Below, piece after piece: positions 9,588 to 18,003 of a DNA stretch of 64,000 nucleotides. The DNA comes from a virus. A program made the translations under genes and the position numbers. Numbering within the stretch: the first letter of the stretch is position 1; the number at the start of each line of letters is the position of its first letter. The stretch covers positions 64,001 to 128,000 of IMG/VR virus record IMGVR_UViG_3300044731_001604; one strand, given 5' to 3'. Under the pieces are notes generated by a model. That model was given only the letters and a program-made list of their open reading frames with translations, ran no database searches and was not told the origin of the DNA.

Positions 9588-9785
9588 ATGAAAAAACGCA
9601 AGCAGATAGACGGAATCCTTTTTACGATTATTGAAAACAATCTTTACCATCAGGTATACTACGATGTCAATTCAAAAAATCGAGAAAAGATCTATACAGG
9701 AATTTACGAACTGCTTATGGATGAACTAAATGTTAAGTTAATAAATATTATTAACGATTTTATTAAATCGAGAAGAGCATCATGA
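9588..9785 (+). CDS. KRxQ tetrad-repeat microprotein (MKKRKQI...)
   Basis: family N-terminus, periodicity. Confidence 0.7.
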   Translation: MKKRKQIDGILFTIIENNLYHQVYYDVNSKNREKIYTGIYELLMDELNVKLINIINDFIKSRRAS

Positions 9786-9979
9786 AAAAAAGGGTTCAGA
9801 TACCTGATTTTTTAAATGAAAACATATGCGATCATCTTAGATATAGCATATATGTTCAAGTTGATGATACTATTTGGCGTGTAATACTATCTGAACTATA
9901 TATAAAACTTCATGATAAGCTTAACAATACGTTAATTAATGAAACCTGGGATTATATTAAAATGGGGCCAAAAATATGA
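9782..9979 (+). CDS. KRxQ tetrad-repeat microprotein (MKKRVQI...)
   Basis: IPDF LNEN ICDH LRYS IYVQ VDDT IWRV ILSE LYIK LHDK LNNT LINE; ATGA coupling. Confidence 0.75.
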   Translation: MKKRVQIPDFLNENICDHLRYSIYVQVDDTIWRVILSELYIKLHDKLNNTLINETWDYIKMGPKI

Positions 9980-10182
9980 AAAAGCGCATCCAATTTAATG
10001 ATCCTCTATATAATATATTCTATCCTAAAATTAGAGATAGAGTTAGGCTTGAAATAAAATATAAAACTTTTGAAAAGATAAGCAAGAGACTCACTGGTGA
10101 GCTTAATTCGCAATTCTGGGGCCAAATTGGATATCAGATTGGTAAATACATCGAGGATAGGAGTTCAAGTGAGAAGGCGTGA
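9976..10182 (+). CDS. KRxQ tetrad-repeat microprotein (MKKRIQF...)
   Basis: FNDP LYNI FYPK IRDR VRLE IKYK ... FWGQ IGYQ IGKY. Confidence 0.75.
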   Translation: MKKRIQFNDPLYNIFYPKIRDRVRLEIKYKTFEKISKRLTGELNSQFWGQIGYQIGKYIEDRSSSEKA

Positions 10183-10351
10183 GCAGATTACTGATCAGCT
10201 TAGGGATAATGTTTGGGAATCTTTAAACGGGCAGCTCCAATATCAAATTGAACCAGATATCTATAATAGGCTGCATGACGTTCTGTGCGAAGAAAAGAGA
10301 TACAGACTCATAAGCCAATTATATTTATATTTAAGGACTAGGGTTAACTAA
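10169..10351 (+). CDS. KRxQ tetrad-repeat microprotein (GTG start, MRRREQI...)
   Basis: AGGAG RBS 10159-10163; ITDQ LRDN VWES LNGQ LQYQ. Confidence 0.7.
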   Translation: MRRREQITDQLRDNVWESLNGQLQYQIEPDIYNRLHDVLCEEKRYRLISQLYLYLRTRVN

Positions 10352-10555
10352 ATGAGGAAACGAGAACAAATCACTAGTCAATTTTCATATCAACTTTGGG
10401 ATAGACTTAGAGATGACATATACGTGCAACTGTATTCCTCATTTAATGAGGACATACACAATAAACTCAGGGACAATCTTTGGCTTGAGCTGCAAATATT
10501 ATTGTACGATAGAACGTATAGCTATTTGCAAAACTATATAGGCAAGAAGCAATGA
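10352..10555 (+). CDS. KRxQ tetrad-repeat microprotein (MRKREQI...)
   Basis: ITSQ FSYQ LWDR LRDD IYVQ LYSS FNED IHNK LRDN LWLE LQIL LYDR. Confidence 0.75.
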   Translation: MRKREQITSQFSYQLWDRLRDDIYVQLYSSFNEDIHNKLRDNLWLELQILLYDRTYSYLQNYIGKKQ

Positions 10556-10728
10556 AGAAGAATAAAATTATAGAATTTAAATTAAGAGTTAGATTAAAAG
10601 AACAAATCACAAAATCTTGTGGTTCAGATTGTATCAGCACGTCAAGAAAAAAGCTAAGAGAATTATCATCTTACGACTTATATAAAGCGGCTGTTGGAGA
10701 AATTGTCTCTGCTTCTGTGTCAAAATAA
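10552..10728 (+). CDS. small protein, possible divergent tetrad-family member
   Basis: 58-aa ORF (below track cutoff), ATGA-coupled, MKKNKII...LKEQI. Confidence 0.45.
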   Translation: MKKNKIIEFKLRVRLKEQITKSCGSDCISTSRKKLRELSSYDLYKAAVGEIVSASVSK

Positions 10729-10794
10729 ATATTTTTTAATATTTTTCTTGCTTTTAATATCAGATATTGGTAATCTAGGTTTATTGGAGGCGTT

Positions 10795-11184
10795 ATGAAA
10801 TTCAAAGCCGGAGATAGATTTATAGTTAAGGCAAGCGAGTCTGATTTAGGAGCCACTGGAAAAATAACTGGAATTGGGTTTAATTCTATACGCCAATCTG
10901 ACGAATATAGATATGTTTGGGACCAGCAATTCGGCGGTTCTACTGGGAGCTGTGATACAGAAGTTGGGGATTCTATGTGGGACATTATTGCGGCAGATAT
11001 CCACACACATACATACACACATGTTTACACAATTCCTGAAGACAATTATACAATTTCAGTTGGAAACATCGTTTGGAACAATCCTACTTCCAACTCTACA
11101 AATTGTTCCCACGAATATAAAATGTATAATGGATTTACTGAAAGTTATGAATTTTGCATTAAATGCGATAAAAGAAAGATCTAG
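10795..11184 (+). CDS. SH3/KOW-like N-terminus plus C-terminal zinc ribbon
   Basis: MKFKAGDR...G.I; CSH...CIKCD; GGAGG RBS; TTGCTT-17-TAATCT promoter at 10748-10776. Confidence 0.6.
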   Translation: MKFKAGDRFIVKASESDLGATGKITGIGFNSIRQSDEYRYVWDQQFGGSTGSCDTEVGDSMWDIIAADIHTHTYTHVYTIPEDNYTISVGNIVWNNPTSNSTNCSHEYKMYNGFTESYEFCIKCDKRKI

Positions 11185-11188
11185 TAAT

Positions 11189-11407
11189 ATGAGGAAAAGA
11201 GAGCAGCCTAATAATTTGTTTTTTAACCAACTTGTCATAAAGCTTAGGGATCAAGCTGAAAACCAACTTTGTGATAATTTAAGTTATCAACTACATGATA
11301 ATCTTAAGCTTTACAAGATTTGTGAACAGTTTCGCAATACAGCTCTTAATATTATTCGTACACAATCATTAAATGATATTGATAATAAATTAAAAAGAAA
11401 GGTTTAA
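11189..11407 (+). CDS. KRxQ tetrad-repeat microprotein (MRKREQP...; start revised)
   Basis: ATG 11189 follows stop of upstream gene; LRDQ AENQ LCDN LSYQ LHDN. Confidence 0.7.
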   Translation: MRKREQPNNLFFNQLVIKLRDQAENQLCDNLSYQLHDNLKLYKICEQFRNTALNIIRTQSLNDIDNKLKRKV

Positions 11408-11408
11408 C

Positions 11409-11756
11409 ATGGAAAATCTATATCTAGACAAAGAGGCTTTTCTTGAAGATGAATATGTGTCTGAGGTTGTAATCATTGACACGTTACCTGGCGGATTTAA
11501 CCAGAGATCTGAATTATTGCCTGAGCCAATTGAAATTTTGAAATTTGAGAAAGTTAGCAGCAAGTTATCTTTGGAAAGAAAAGTAAGACTATCTGCAAAT
11601 TATATTACTGCAGAGGAGGGTCTTAAAATGATCCAAAAAAGTGAGAGACTACACGCCAAATCTAATAGAAAATGTACTTCTTGTGGAGGATACGTCCCAA
11701 AAGAAAATTTTAGTAGATGCAATACTTGCGTTAAATTAAAAAATGTGGTAGACTAA
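11409..11756 (+). CDS. hypothetical protein with C-terminal CxxC...CxxC zinc finger
   Basis: CTSCGG...CNTC. Confidence 0.6.
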   Translation: MENLYLDKEAFLEDEYVSEVVIIDTLPGGFNQRSELLPEPIEILKFEKVSSKLSLERKVRLSANYITAEEGLKMIQKSERLHAKSNRKCTSCGGYVPKENFSRCNTCVKLKNVVD

Positions 11757-11778
11757 TTAGATAAAATAGGTAGTTAAT

Positions 11779-12000
11779 ATGAAGAAACGTAAGCAAATAT
11801 CAGATCATATAAGTAATGATTTAAAGTTTGAGCTTTTTGATAGGCTTGAAGAGCAGGTTGATGGTGAACTTTTTGATCAAATTGATGAGGAACTTTTTGA
11901 GTACGTTACAGGTGGAAGCTACATTGACATAGATGTAAACTTAATAAAAGAACAGTTGTTTTCTCATATTGAAAATATAAATGGCCGAAAGGTTGGTTAA
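11779..12000 (+). CDS. KRxQ tetrad-repeat microprotein (MKKRKQI...)
   Basis: ISDH ISND LKFE LFDR LEEQ VDGE LFDQ IDEE LFEY. Confidence 0.75.
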   Translation: MKKRKQISDHISNDLKFELFDRLEEQVDGELFDQIDEELFEYVTGGSYIDIDVNLIKEQLFSHIENINGRKVG

Positions 12001-12001
12001 A

Positions 12002-12208
12002 ATGAAAAAACGAGAAGGAATGAAGATTTTGCCGAAAGATCAAATTAGTCCTGAAGTTTGGGATAGAATCGTTAGCCAGCTTGAGAATCGTCTTAACGGC
12101 CAAAATAAAGCCATAGAGGCGCCAAAAAAAGAAGGCTTTGTAAGATTTCTTAAATATAAGACATACTTTAATGCAATTAAAAATCTATTTAATAAGAAGG
12201 GCGGTTAA
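12002..12208 (+). CDS. KRxQ-related microprotein (MKKREG...)
   Basis: ISPE VWDR IVSQ LENR LNGQ; start revised to ATG 12002. Confidence 0.55.
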   Translation: MKKREGMKILPKDQISPEVWDRIVSQLENRLNGQNKAIEAPKKEGFVRFLKYKTYFNAIKNLFNKKGG

Positions 12209-12209
12209 G

Positions 12210-12452
12210 ATGTCTAAGTTGTTTAAGGCTGCTATGAATCTTGTGTGGTACAATGTTAAGACGGAACAAATTGTGACCGGACCTTGCCTTACTAATGATT
12301 TAAATGTAACATTTCTTGAGGTTGAGCAAGGGCAATACATTTCCGCAAGGCACTTTAATAAAGAAGACTGGGAACTTATTGGGGATTTGGATTCATCTTT
12401 ATCTGAATCATCAACTCAACAAGCTTTAAAATTACGCAATTATATGAGGTAA
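12210..12452 (+). CDS. hypothetical protein
   Basis: ORF, likely start MSKLFK after upstream stop. Confidence 0.5.
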   Translation: MSKLFKAAMNLVWYNVKTEQIVTGPCLTNDLNVTFLEVEQGQYISARHFNKEDWELIGDLDSSLSESSTQQALKLRNYMR

Positions 12453-12454
12453 TT

Positions 12455-12649
12455 ATGTTTGAGATTATCGGCGCCCTAATAATAGCTTGCAATAACTTAC
12501 AGGCAGTTAATGTTGTGGGTAAGGACGCATCTGTATTTTTAGCTATGAAAAAAGCTGAATGTTCTGAAAGAGTTATAAACTGTATGTATAGCGAGCTTGT
12601 TATTGATAAGAAATTAATTATTAAATGTTCTAAAGAAGTTAAACTATAG
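12455..12649 (+). CDS. small exported 4-Cys protein
   Basis: hydrophobic N-terminus; C...KKAECSERVINC...KCS. Confidence 0.6.
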   Translation: MFEIIGALIIACNNLQAVNVVGKDASVFLAMKKAECSERVINCMYSELVIDKKLIIKCSKEVKL

Positions 12650-12658
12650 GAGTCATAA

Positions 12659-12877
12659 ATGATTACAATAGGCGAATCAGAACTAGCACAGATTAGACGA
12701 CTATCATTGAATACGTTTCAAAAAAATTCCAATTTTCCTAAAGAGAGCAAAGATTTGCAATTGTTTTTATTATTAAGTGGCCTAGAAGAATTTTTAACTT
12801 CTAAGGGAATTGAGCCAAACTTTGAGGTATGTTATACTAAAGAGGGCTCTGAGTACCAATCTCCGGTGGAGGAATAA
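12659..12877 (+). CDS. hypothetical protein
   Basis: AGGAG RBS; 72 aa. Confidence 0.55.
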   Translation: MITIGESELAQIRRLSLNTFQKNSNFPKESKDLQLFLLLSGLEEFLTSKGIEPNFEVCYTKEGSEYQSPVEE

Positions 12878-12996
12878 TGATGAAAGAATTAAAAGATTTT
12901 GTAATATCTTTAATGAAAATTCTTGGTATAGCATTTTATGCTGTGTATTTTGTTATTGTACTTTACCTAGTTTTAGCTAGTTTTGGTGCAGTATGA
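12877..12996 (+). CDS. 39-aa membrane peptide
   Basis: fills gap, coupled start/stop at both ends, GGAGG upstream. Confidence 0.45.
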   Translation: MMKELKDFVISLMKILGIAFYAVYFVIVLYLVLASFGAV

Positions 12997-13382
12997 AGAC
13001 TAAAGTTAAAATCGAATATTTTGCAGGGGATGTAACTAAAATTATTGGCGAACAATGTAACCACATGTCTGATTATGACAAGTTACAAAGCCAAGAAATA
13101 AAAGCGGTTATTAGGAATTATGTCACTAGAAATGCTATTGATTTAGTTCTTAAGGGTGTATCAAAGCGCCCAAAAGCTCCACAATCGTTTTTAAATAATT
13201 ATAATTCGCATAATTTATATACTGTCTCAAAATCTCACATTGAAAAAAGACTTATTGACAGATTGAACGTCATTCTGTTATGCTATTATCAGATGCTTAT
13301 GTATGATGGAATTGATGTAGAGACCTTTTTGGCCCTATGTGATAGTTATGTAGACCATCATATTTTTGAAATTGATTTATAG
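12993..13382 (+). CDS. hypothetical protein
   Basis: 129-aa ORF in operon. Confidence 0.55.
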   Translation: MKTKVKIEYFAGDVTKIIGEQCNHMSDYDKLQSQEIKAVIRNYVTRNAIDLVLKGVSKRPKAPQSFLNNYNSHNLYTVSKSHIEKRLIDRLNVILLCYYQMLMYDGIDVETFLALCDSYVDHHIFEIDL

Positions 13383-13392
13383 GAGGTTTACA

Positions 13393-13599
13393 ATGGTTAG
13401 CTTAGATATATTAGCACAAATGATTATGGTTGTTTGTATGTATAAAGCTCCTGGAATTCCTGCTTATGATAAGCTTAATTGTGGAGAATATGTTACTAAT
13501 TGTACGATTGGTCCTGGATATGACAAAATGAATGAAGCAGAAGTTATGGATAGAGTTGTAAGATGCAGCGAGAAAGCTTTAGATAAAGGCGCTAAATAA
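13393..13599 (+). CDS. small exported 4-Cys protein (paralog of 12455..12649)
   Basis: AGGAGG RBS before MVSLD; C...DKLNCGEYVTNC...RCS. Confidence 0.6.
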   Translation: MVSLDILAQMIMVVCMYKAPGIPAYDKLNCGEYVTNCTIGPGYDKMNEAEVMDRVVRCSEKALDKGAK

Positions 13600-13611
13600 T
13601 TTAAAGGAGCC

Positions 13612-13830
13612 ATGATGAGTAAATTAAAGGTTGATCTTAAAGAGTTAGAGAGAGCCGTTTCTTACTTAAAGAAGAAGCACGATCCAAGTGTTTTAGAACT
13701 AGAAATTACTATTGAAGGCAGATTGCTTGTTAGAAGCACTAACTTTGAAGCAGATCTTTTAACTGTCACTCTTTTCGAGGAGTCTACTAACAAGATGGCA
13801 GAAGTTACTTTAACGGAGAGATTACCATGA
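13612..13830 (+). CDS. hypothetical protein
   Basis: AAGGAG RBS. Confidence 0.6.
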   Translation: MMSKLKVDLKELERAVSYLKKKHDPSVLELEITIEGRLLVRSTNFEADLLTVTLFEESTNKMAEVTLTERLP

Positions 13831-13955
13831 GAAATATTAGAATCGCTGCATGTCTATTGTGGATGTTGGCTGGAGTTATGTCAAATTCTACGCCTGGTTA
13901 TATTTCAGCTTTTGCATCCGTATTGTTTTTATATGCTTTAATTAAAGGACATTAG
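13827..13955 (+). CDS. 42-aa two-TM membrane peptide
   Basis: ATGA-coupled, hydrophobic. Confidence 0.45.
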   Translation: MRNIRIAACLLWMLAGVMSNSTPGYISAFASVLFLYALIKGH

Positions 13956-13970
13956 AACCTTGGAGGTTTT

Positions 13971-14165
13971 ATGGAGAACGTATTATTTTTAGCAATCGGA
14001 GTAATTATCGGACACGTTTTTGGATATGCGCGTGGACTTGAAAAAGCCAAATCAACATTAATTAAATCTCTAAATAGACGTGGATATGTTAATAATAAAA
14101 TAGAAGAGACTGAAGTTGCTCATAAAGCAATGAAAGAAGCAGTCAGACTTTATATTGCTGAGTAG
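13971..14165 (+). CDS. small membrane-anchored protein
   Basis: GGAGG RBS; N-terminal TM with GxxxG. Confidence 0.6.
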   Translation: MENVLFLAIGVIIGHVFGYARGLEKAKSTLIKSLNRRGYVNNKIEETEVAHKAMKEAVRLYIAE

Positions 14166-14168
14166 GAC

Positions 14169-14417
14169 ATGAGAGCTAGAGATCAGATTGGTCACTTCAC
14201 AAGTAGCCAGTATATTCATTTTTTAAAACAAATAAATAAATCAAATTGTTTTGGCACAGTGAGTGTTGCATCTGTGTTTGTTGGCCATCGAACAATCCAA
14301 GTTAAAGCTGGAAGTTTTATATTAGACAAGCTTTCCACTATCGCTGATGAATGCCCAAGTCTAAGACATCATATAATGGACCACATAATAGAAAATTCTT
14401 ACGGAAACTGCAAATAA
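14169..14417 (+). CDS. KRxQ-related microprotein (MRARDQI...)
   Basis: family-like N-terminus; last gene of early operon. Confidence 0.5.
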   Translation: MRARDQIGHFTSSQYIHFLKQINKSNCFGTVSVASVFVGHRTIQVKAGSFILDKLSTIADECPSLRHHIMDHIIENSYGNCK

Positions 14418-14442
14418 AAAAGGGCTCAATCGAGCCCTTTTT
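14416..14442. terminator. bidirectional intrinsic terminator
   Basis: AAAAAA GGGCTC AATC GAGCCC TTTTT between convergent genes. Confidence 0.88.
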
Positions 14443-14467
14443 AATTCTTAACTTTTAATGTAAAAAA

Positions 14468-14971
14468 TTAGATACCGTCTGTAATTTTAGCTGCAGTAGC
14501 AGACTCATCATCTCCGCCGCCAGCGATTCCAGTTTCATCTTCGCCTTTAAGTGCTACGATTTCAATTCTGATATCAGAAACACCTCTAGAAGCTACTCCA
14601 GATGACCATGAAGTTACTTTACAACCTACAGCTCTAAAGATAACTTTGTTATTGTTTGCTCTATCTAAAACTTCTACTGTGAAATCCTCTTCTTCTAAAA
14701 GATCTTTAAGTAAAGTTGCATTAGCTACAGCGTATGGTCCAGCGTCTACTACTCTGTATCCAGATAAAGATAAAGAGACAGCTTCTTGGCTTGTTCCAAC
14801 GATTTCTGCTGGAGAGTATCTACCCAATACAAATAAAGGCTCTTTTGCTTGTCTGATAGACCAAGAGCAGTTGCTGAATAATCCAACTGTGTGGGAAGAA
14901 GGCTTTCCGCCTACATTTTTAGTGATTTGAATTTTGGCCCGTGCGCCGACCAATGTTTTTGCTTTTGCCAT
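14468..14971 (-). CDS. tail tube protein
   Basis: directly downstream of sheath; LGRYSPAEI-type tube motif; 167 aa. Confidence 0.75.
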   Translation of the reverse strand: MAKAKTLVGARAKIQITKNVGGKPSSHTVGLFSNCSWSIRQAKEPLFVLGRYSPAEIVGTSQEAVSLSLSGYRVVDAGPYAVANATLLKDLLEEEDFTVEVLDRANNNKVIFRAVGCKVTSWSSGVASRGVSDIRIEIVALKGEDETGIAGGGDDESATAAKITDGI

Positions 14972-14983
14972 AAATACTCCCTA

Positions 14984-17719
14984 TTAAGCTGTTTGTTCTA
15001 CTTGAGAAATGGTCATTGAGATTGGAACGAAGTAAATTAAACCAGCGAGTTTGATCTCTACGCTGACTTCACATACAGGTCCAGTGATTTTAACTGTAGC
15101 GTTTTTATAACCCTTAGTTGCATCATCTGATTGAGCAATCCATTTAAGTCTCAAGAAGTTAAACATTTCAGTGTCTAAGATACTTAAAGCAGCCGCTGCA
15201 GAGATATCAGCTACAGATTTACCAACTACTAAGCGATCAAAACGGTCGATTAGAGTAAGTACGATTAAATCTGAGATATAAACAGCTTGCATGCTATTGT
15301 AAACGAAATTGTTATCAGCAGAATATGTGCTTTGATCAGATACCCATCTGAATCCGCCAGTTGGAACTTTTTCCATGAACAACAATCCAGCTTTTAATGC
15401 ATCTTCTCTATCACCTTGAAGAGAAGTGTCGAAATCGCCAGAAGTCATAGAAATTCCGCTTACAGAAGCGAATTTTTTAACGATACCTTTGTATCCTGCA
15501 GCAGCCTGCATTCCAGCAGCTGTGATCGCAGACATCCAAGGTTGGTATAAAGTAGATCCGATTTTAGCGTTTTGGAAGCAGAGGTACATTCTGTATGAAG
15601 AAAGTTCTCCAGACATCTCTTTAACGTTTGCATAAGTATCAATTACAGATGCAAAACCTTGTCTATTCTTTTTAGCTTTAATTTGGCTCATTTTATTAAC
15701 GTGAGCTTTAAGGTAAGCATTGATAGAAGAGATAGTATAAGTAGAAGAGCTTTCAGTTTCTTCAGCCGCGATATCTGCAGTAGCATCTTGTGAGAATAAT
15801 GGAACGATAAAGTTAGTATCCAATTTTTCACATGCATCAATTGCAGTAACAACGATTGCTGAAGTTGTTCCAGCTTTAGTTCCATCAGATAAGAATTGGA
15901 AAGAAGCAGTAGCTTCAGGCAATCCAGCAGCAAGAACTTCAAAAGAAGCATAAGCGCTACCGTTCATTGTTTCAGAGAAATCAGAAGCATCTTTTTTAAG
16001 TCTAGCATTGTTTGCAATACCAGAAGCTCCATAAGTTCCCATATCTAATTTAGAAGGAGCAACAGAACTGTACTTAGCAGAAACAACTGAAGCTGTCCAG
16101 TTAGTTTGTGAGTTAACAAAATCAGCTAAATCAGTTAATGTTTTATATTGTTTATAAGTAGCTGAGAATACCATTGTAGAAGCTACATAGAAATCAACAC
16201 TTTCTGTTCCAACATCAACTGTTGCATCTTCTTCAGAGCAACCGATAGTTATAACAATGTCACCACCAGCTTGGAGGATTTCAGAGTTAGTTCCTTGAGT
16301 GATTGTCATTTGATTTTTGTATTCAGCAGCAGACACTAATTGTTTATAGCTTAGACCTGCATCTGTTCCAGCGTCTGTTTTGAAGATTTCGCTAGTTGAG
16401 CTTTCAATTGCCAATGTTTTTCCCAATCCAGACATAACTGGAGCAAGAACTACTAGAGGTTCCGTGCCAGAGCTATATGCTGCAGAAGCAGGAACTGAAG
16501 CAATTGAAGATCCTTCAGAAAGTCTAGAAGCAGTAATTGATGTAGCAGTTGCAGCAGTGATTTGATAGAAACCAGCGGCTACTGTTCCAAAAGTAGCAGC
16601 AACTTTCATGATGTCGCCGATACTTGGAGTAACATTTAAATTAGCTGGTGCGTCGATTTTTACGCTTGATCCAGTGTTAATAGATACTGTATAAGTACCG
16701 AAAACATCTTGAACAGCTTGTCTTTCGTCGCCAGTCATATTTTTAATTTCGATTTTAGAATAGAACACAAGGTCACGTTTATCAACAGACACTGATCCAG
16801 AAGCAGATGTTAAAGCTGCTGCAGAGTAAACTTTTTTCAAAGTTACTGTAGCTGAAGAAGAAGTGTTTGTAGCTGCTGTAACGATGTACGTTCCAACGTT
16901 TTCTTGAGAAGATCCAGCAATCGCTGAATTTTGAGCAGCAGAGTAATCACCATTTGCAGGGATTACAGCTACGTCTCCAACGCTTGGAATAGTTGTCCAC
17001 AATTTAGTAGCTTGTAAAGTTACTAAAAGAGTACTTGCGTCAAGTGCAGATGCAGAGAATGTAGATGTAGTTGGCAATAAGATTTTTTCTTGTCCACCAG
17101 TTGCCAATACGCCTTCTGCGATATTTTCTAATGCTGCAACTAATGCATCTGGAGCCATTTTAGGAGTAACAGTGTGAGACATTTTTGCTCCACCGTTAAT
17201 TCTTAAATCAACATAATTTGTGTCAGATAAAGTTGGAGTATAGCAAATTTCTCCAGTTGTAGGTGCAGTTTCTGCTCTAGCAACATCTGATTTTTGTTTA
17301 ATTAAGTTTCCGTCAGTTCCTTCTTTTTTAGCTAAAACATTAGCATAAGTAGGAGTGTCTTTAACTTTTTGAGTCATCGTAGCGGCTGCTTTAGTTGACA
17401 TATTAGTTTTAATAATTCTTACCGCACCAACAGAACCTAAAATGTTAGGGTCATTTGCAGCAGAAACTAATTGTTTAAAAGCATCAACGATGTGACCACT
17501 TTTATATTTAGACTGTACTTTGCTGTACTGGTCTGGAGTGAATATATTTGCTGTAAGATCTGATTCATCTAAGAATCCTGGACCGGCATCAGCTTCACCA
17601 ATAAGTGTAACTACTCCAGCAGAAGCGATTGCACCCTGGCCACCTTGAACAGATACTGAAACTACTGCACCTGGTTCAATTAATGTAATTCCATCTTGGG
17701 TCGTAAATTTTTGACTCAT
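14984..17719 (-). CDS. contractile tail sheath protein
   Basis: N-terminal EPG...IGEADAG, C-terminal sheath domain (DQSTY...IYFVPI), large Ala/Thr/Ser-rich insertion. Confidence 0.88.
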   Translation of the reverse strand: MSQKFTTQDGITLIEPGAVVSVSVQGGQGAIASAGVVTLIGEADAGPGFLDESDLTANIFTPDQYSKVQSKYKSGHIVDAFKQLVSAANDPNILGSVGAVRIIKTNMSTKAAATMTQKVKDTPTYANVLAKKEGTDGNLIKQKSDVARAETAPTTGEICYTPTLSDTNYVDLRINGGAKMSHTVTPKMAPDALVAALENIAEGVLATGGQEKILLPTTSTFSASALDASTLLVTLQATKLWTTIPSVGDVAVIPANGDYSAAQNSAIAGSSQENVGTYIVTAATNTSSSATVTLKKVYSAAALTSASGSVSVDKRDLVFYSKIEIKNMTGDERQAVQDVFGTYTVSINTGSSVKIDAPANLNVTPSIGDIMKVAATFGTVAAGFYQITAATATSITASRLSEGSSIASVPASAAYSSGTEPLVVLAPVMSGLGKTLAIESSTSEIFKTDAGTDAGLSYKQLVSAAEYKNQMTITQGTNSEILQAGGDIVITIGCSEEDATVDVGTESVDFYVASTMVFSATYKQYKTLTDLADFVNSQTNWTASVVSAKYSSVAPSKLDMGTYGASGIANNARLKKDASDFSETMNGSAYASFEVLAAGLPEATASFQFLSDGTKAGTTSAIVVTAIDACEKLDTNFIVPLFSQDATADIAAEETESSSTYTISSINAYLKAHVNKMSQIKAKKNRQGFASVIDTYANVKEMSGELSSYRMYLCFQNAKIGSTLYQPWMSAITAAGMQAAAGYKGIVKKFASVSGISMTSGDFDTSLQGDREDALKAGLLFMEKVPTGGFRWVSDQSTYSADNNFVYNSMQAVYISDLIVLTLIDRFDRLVVGKSVADISAAAALSILDTEMFNFLRLKWIAQSDDATKGYKNATVKITGPVCEVSVEIKLAGLIYFVPISMTISQVEQTA

Positions 17720-17749
17720 TTTTATCTCCTTAACAATAAAAAGATTAGG

Positions 17750-18001
17750 CTAAACGTTATAGCCAAAATCTCTTAAACCAGCTTTGAAATCTCTAGAATC
17801 TGTGATTCCTTTAGCTTCAAAATGTTTCTTGATTGATTCTTTTAATTCAGCTTTAAAACCATATTTACTAGCAGTTACAATCCACCATGCATCAAAAGAA
17901 ACAGGTATATGGATTTCTTCTTTTTTAGCTGGTGTTTCTGCTTGAGCTTGATCTTGGCCAACTACTTGAAATGATTTTTTATTTTCTTTTCTTTTAGCCA
18001 T
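17750..18001 (-). CDS. small pre-sheath protein
   Basis: 83 aa immediately upstream of sheath. Confidence 0.6.
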   Translation of the reverse strand: MAKRKENKKSFQVVGQDQAQAETPAKKEEIHIPVSFDAWWIVTASKYGFKAELKESIKKHFEAKGITDSRDFKAGLRDFGYNV

Positions 18002-18003
18002 TT

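Noticed and set aside
9391-10555. KRxQ array as a DGR target, integron cassette array or DNA-level repeat
   Set aside because: No reverse transcriptase, template/variable repeat pair, attC sites or visible nucleotide repeats; similarity is only at protein level.
11002-11022. (CA)-rich microsatellite-like run
   Set aside because: Short, imperfect, encodes HTHTYTH; no sign of phase variation.
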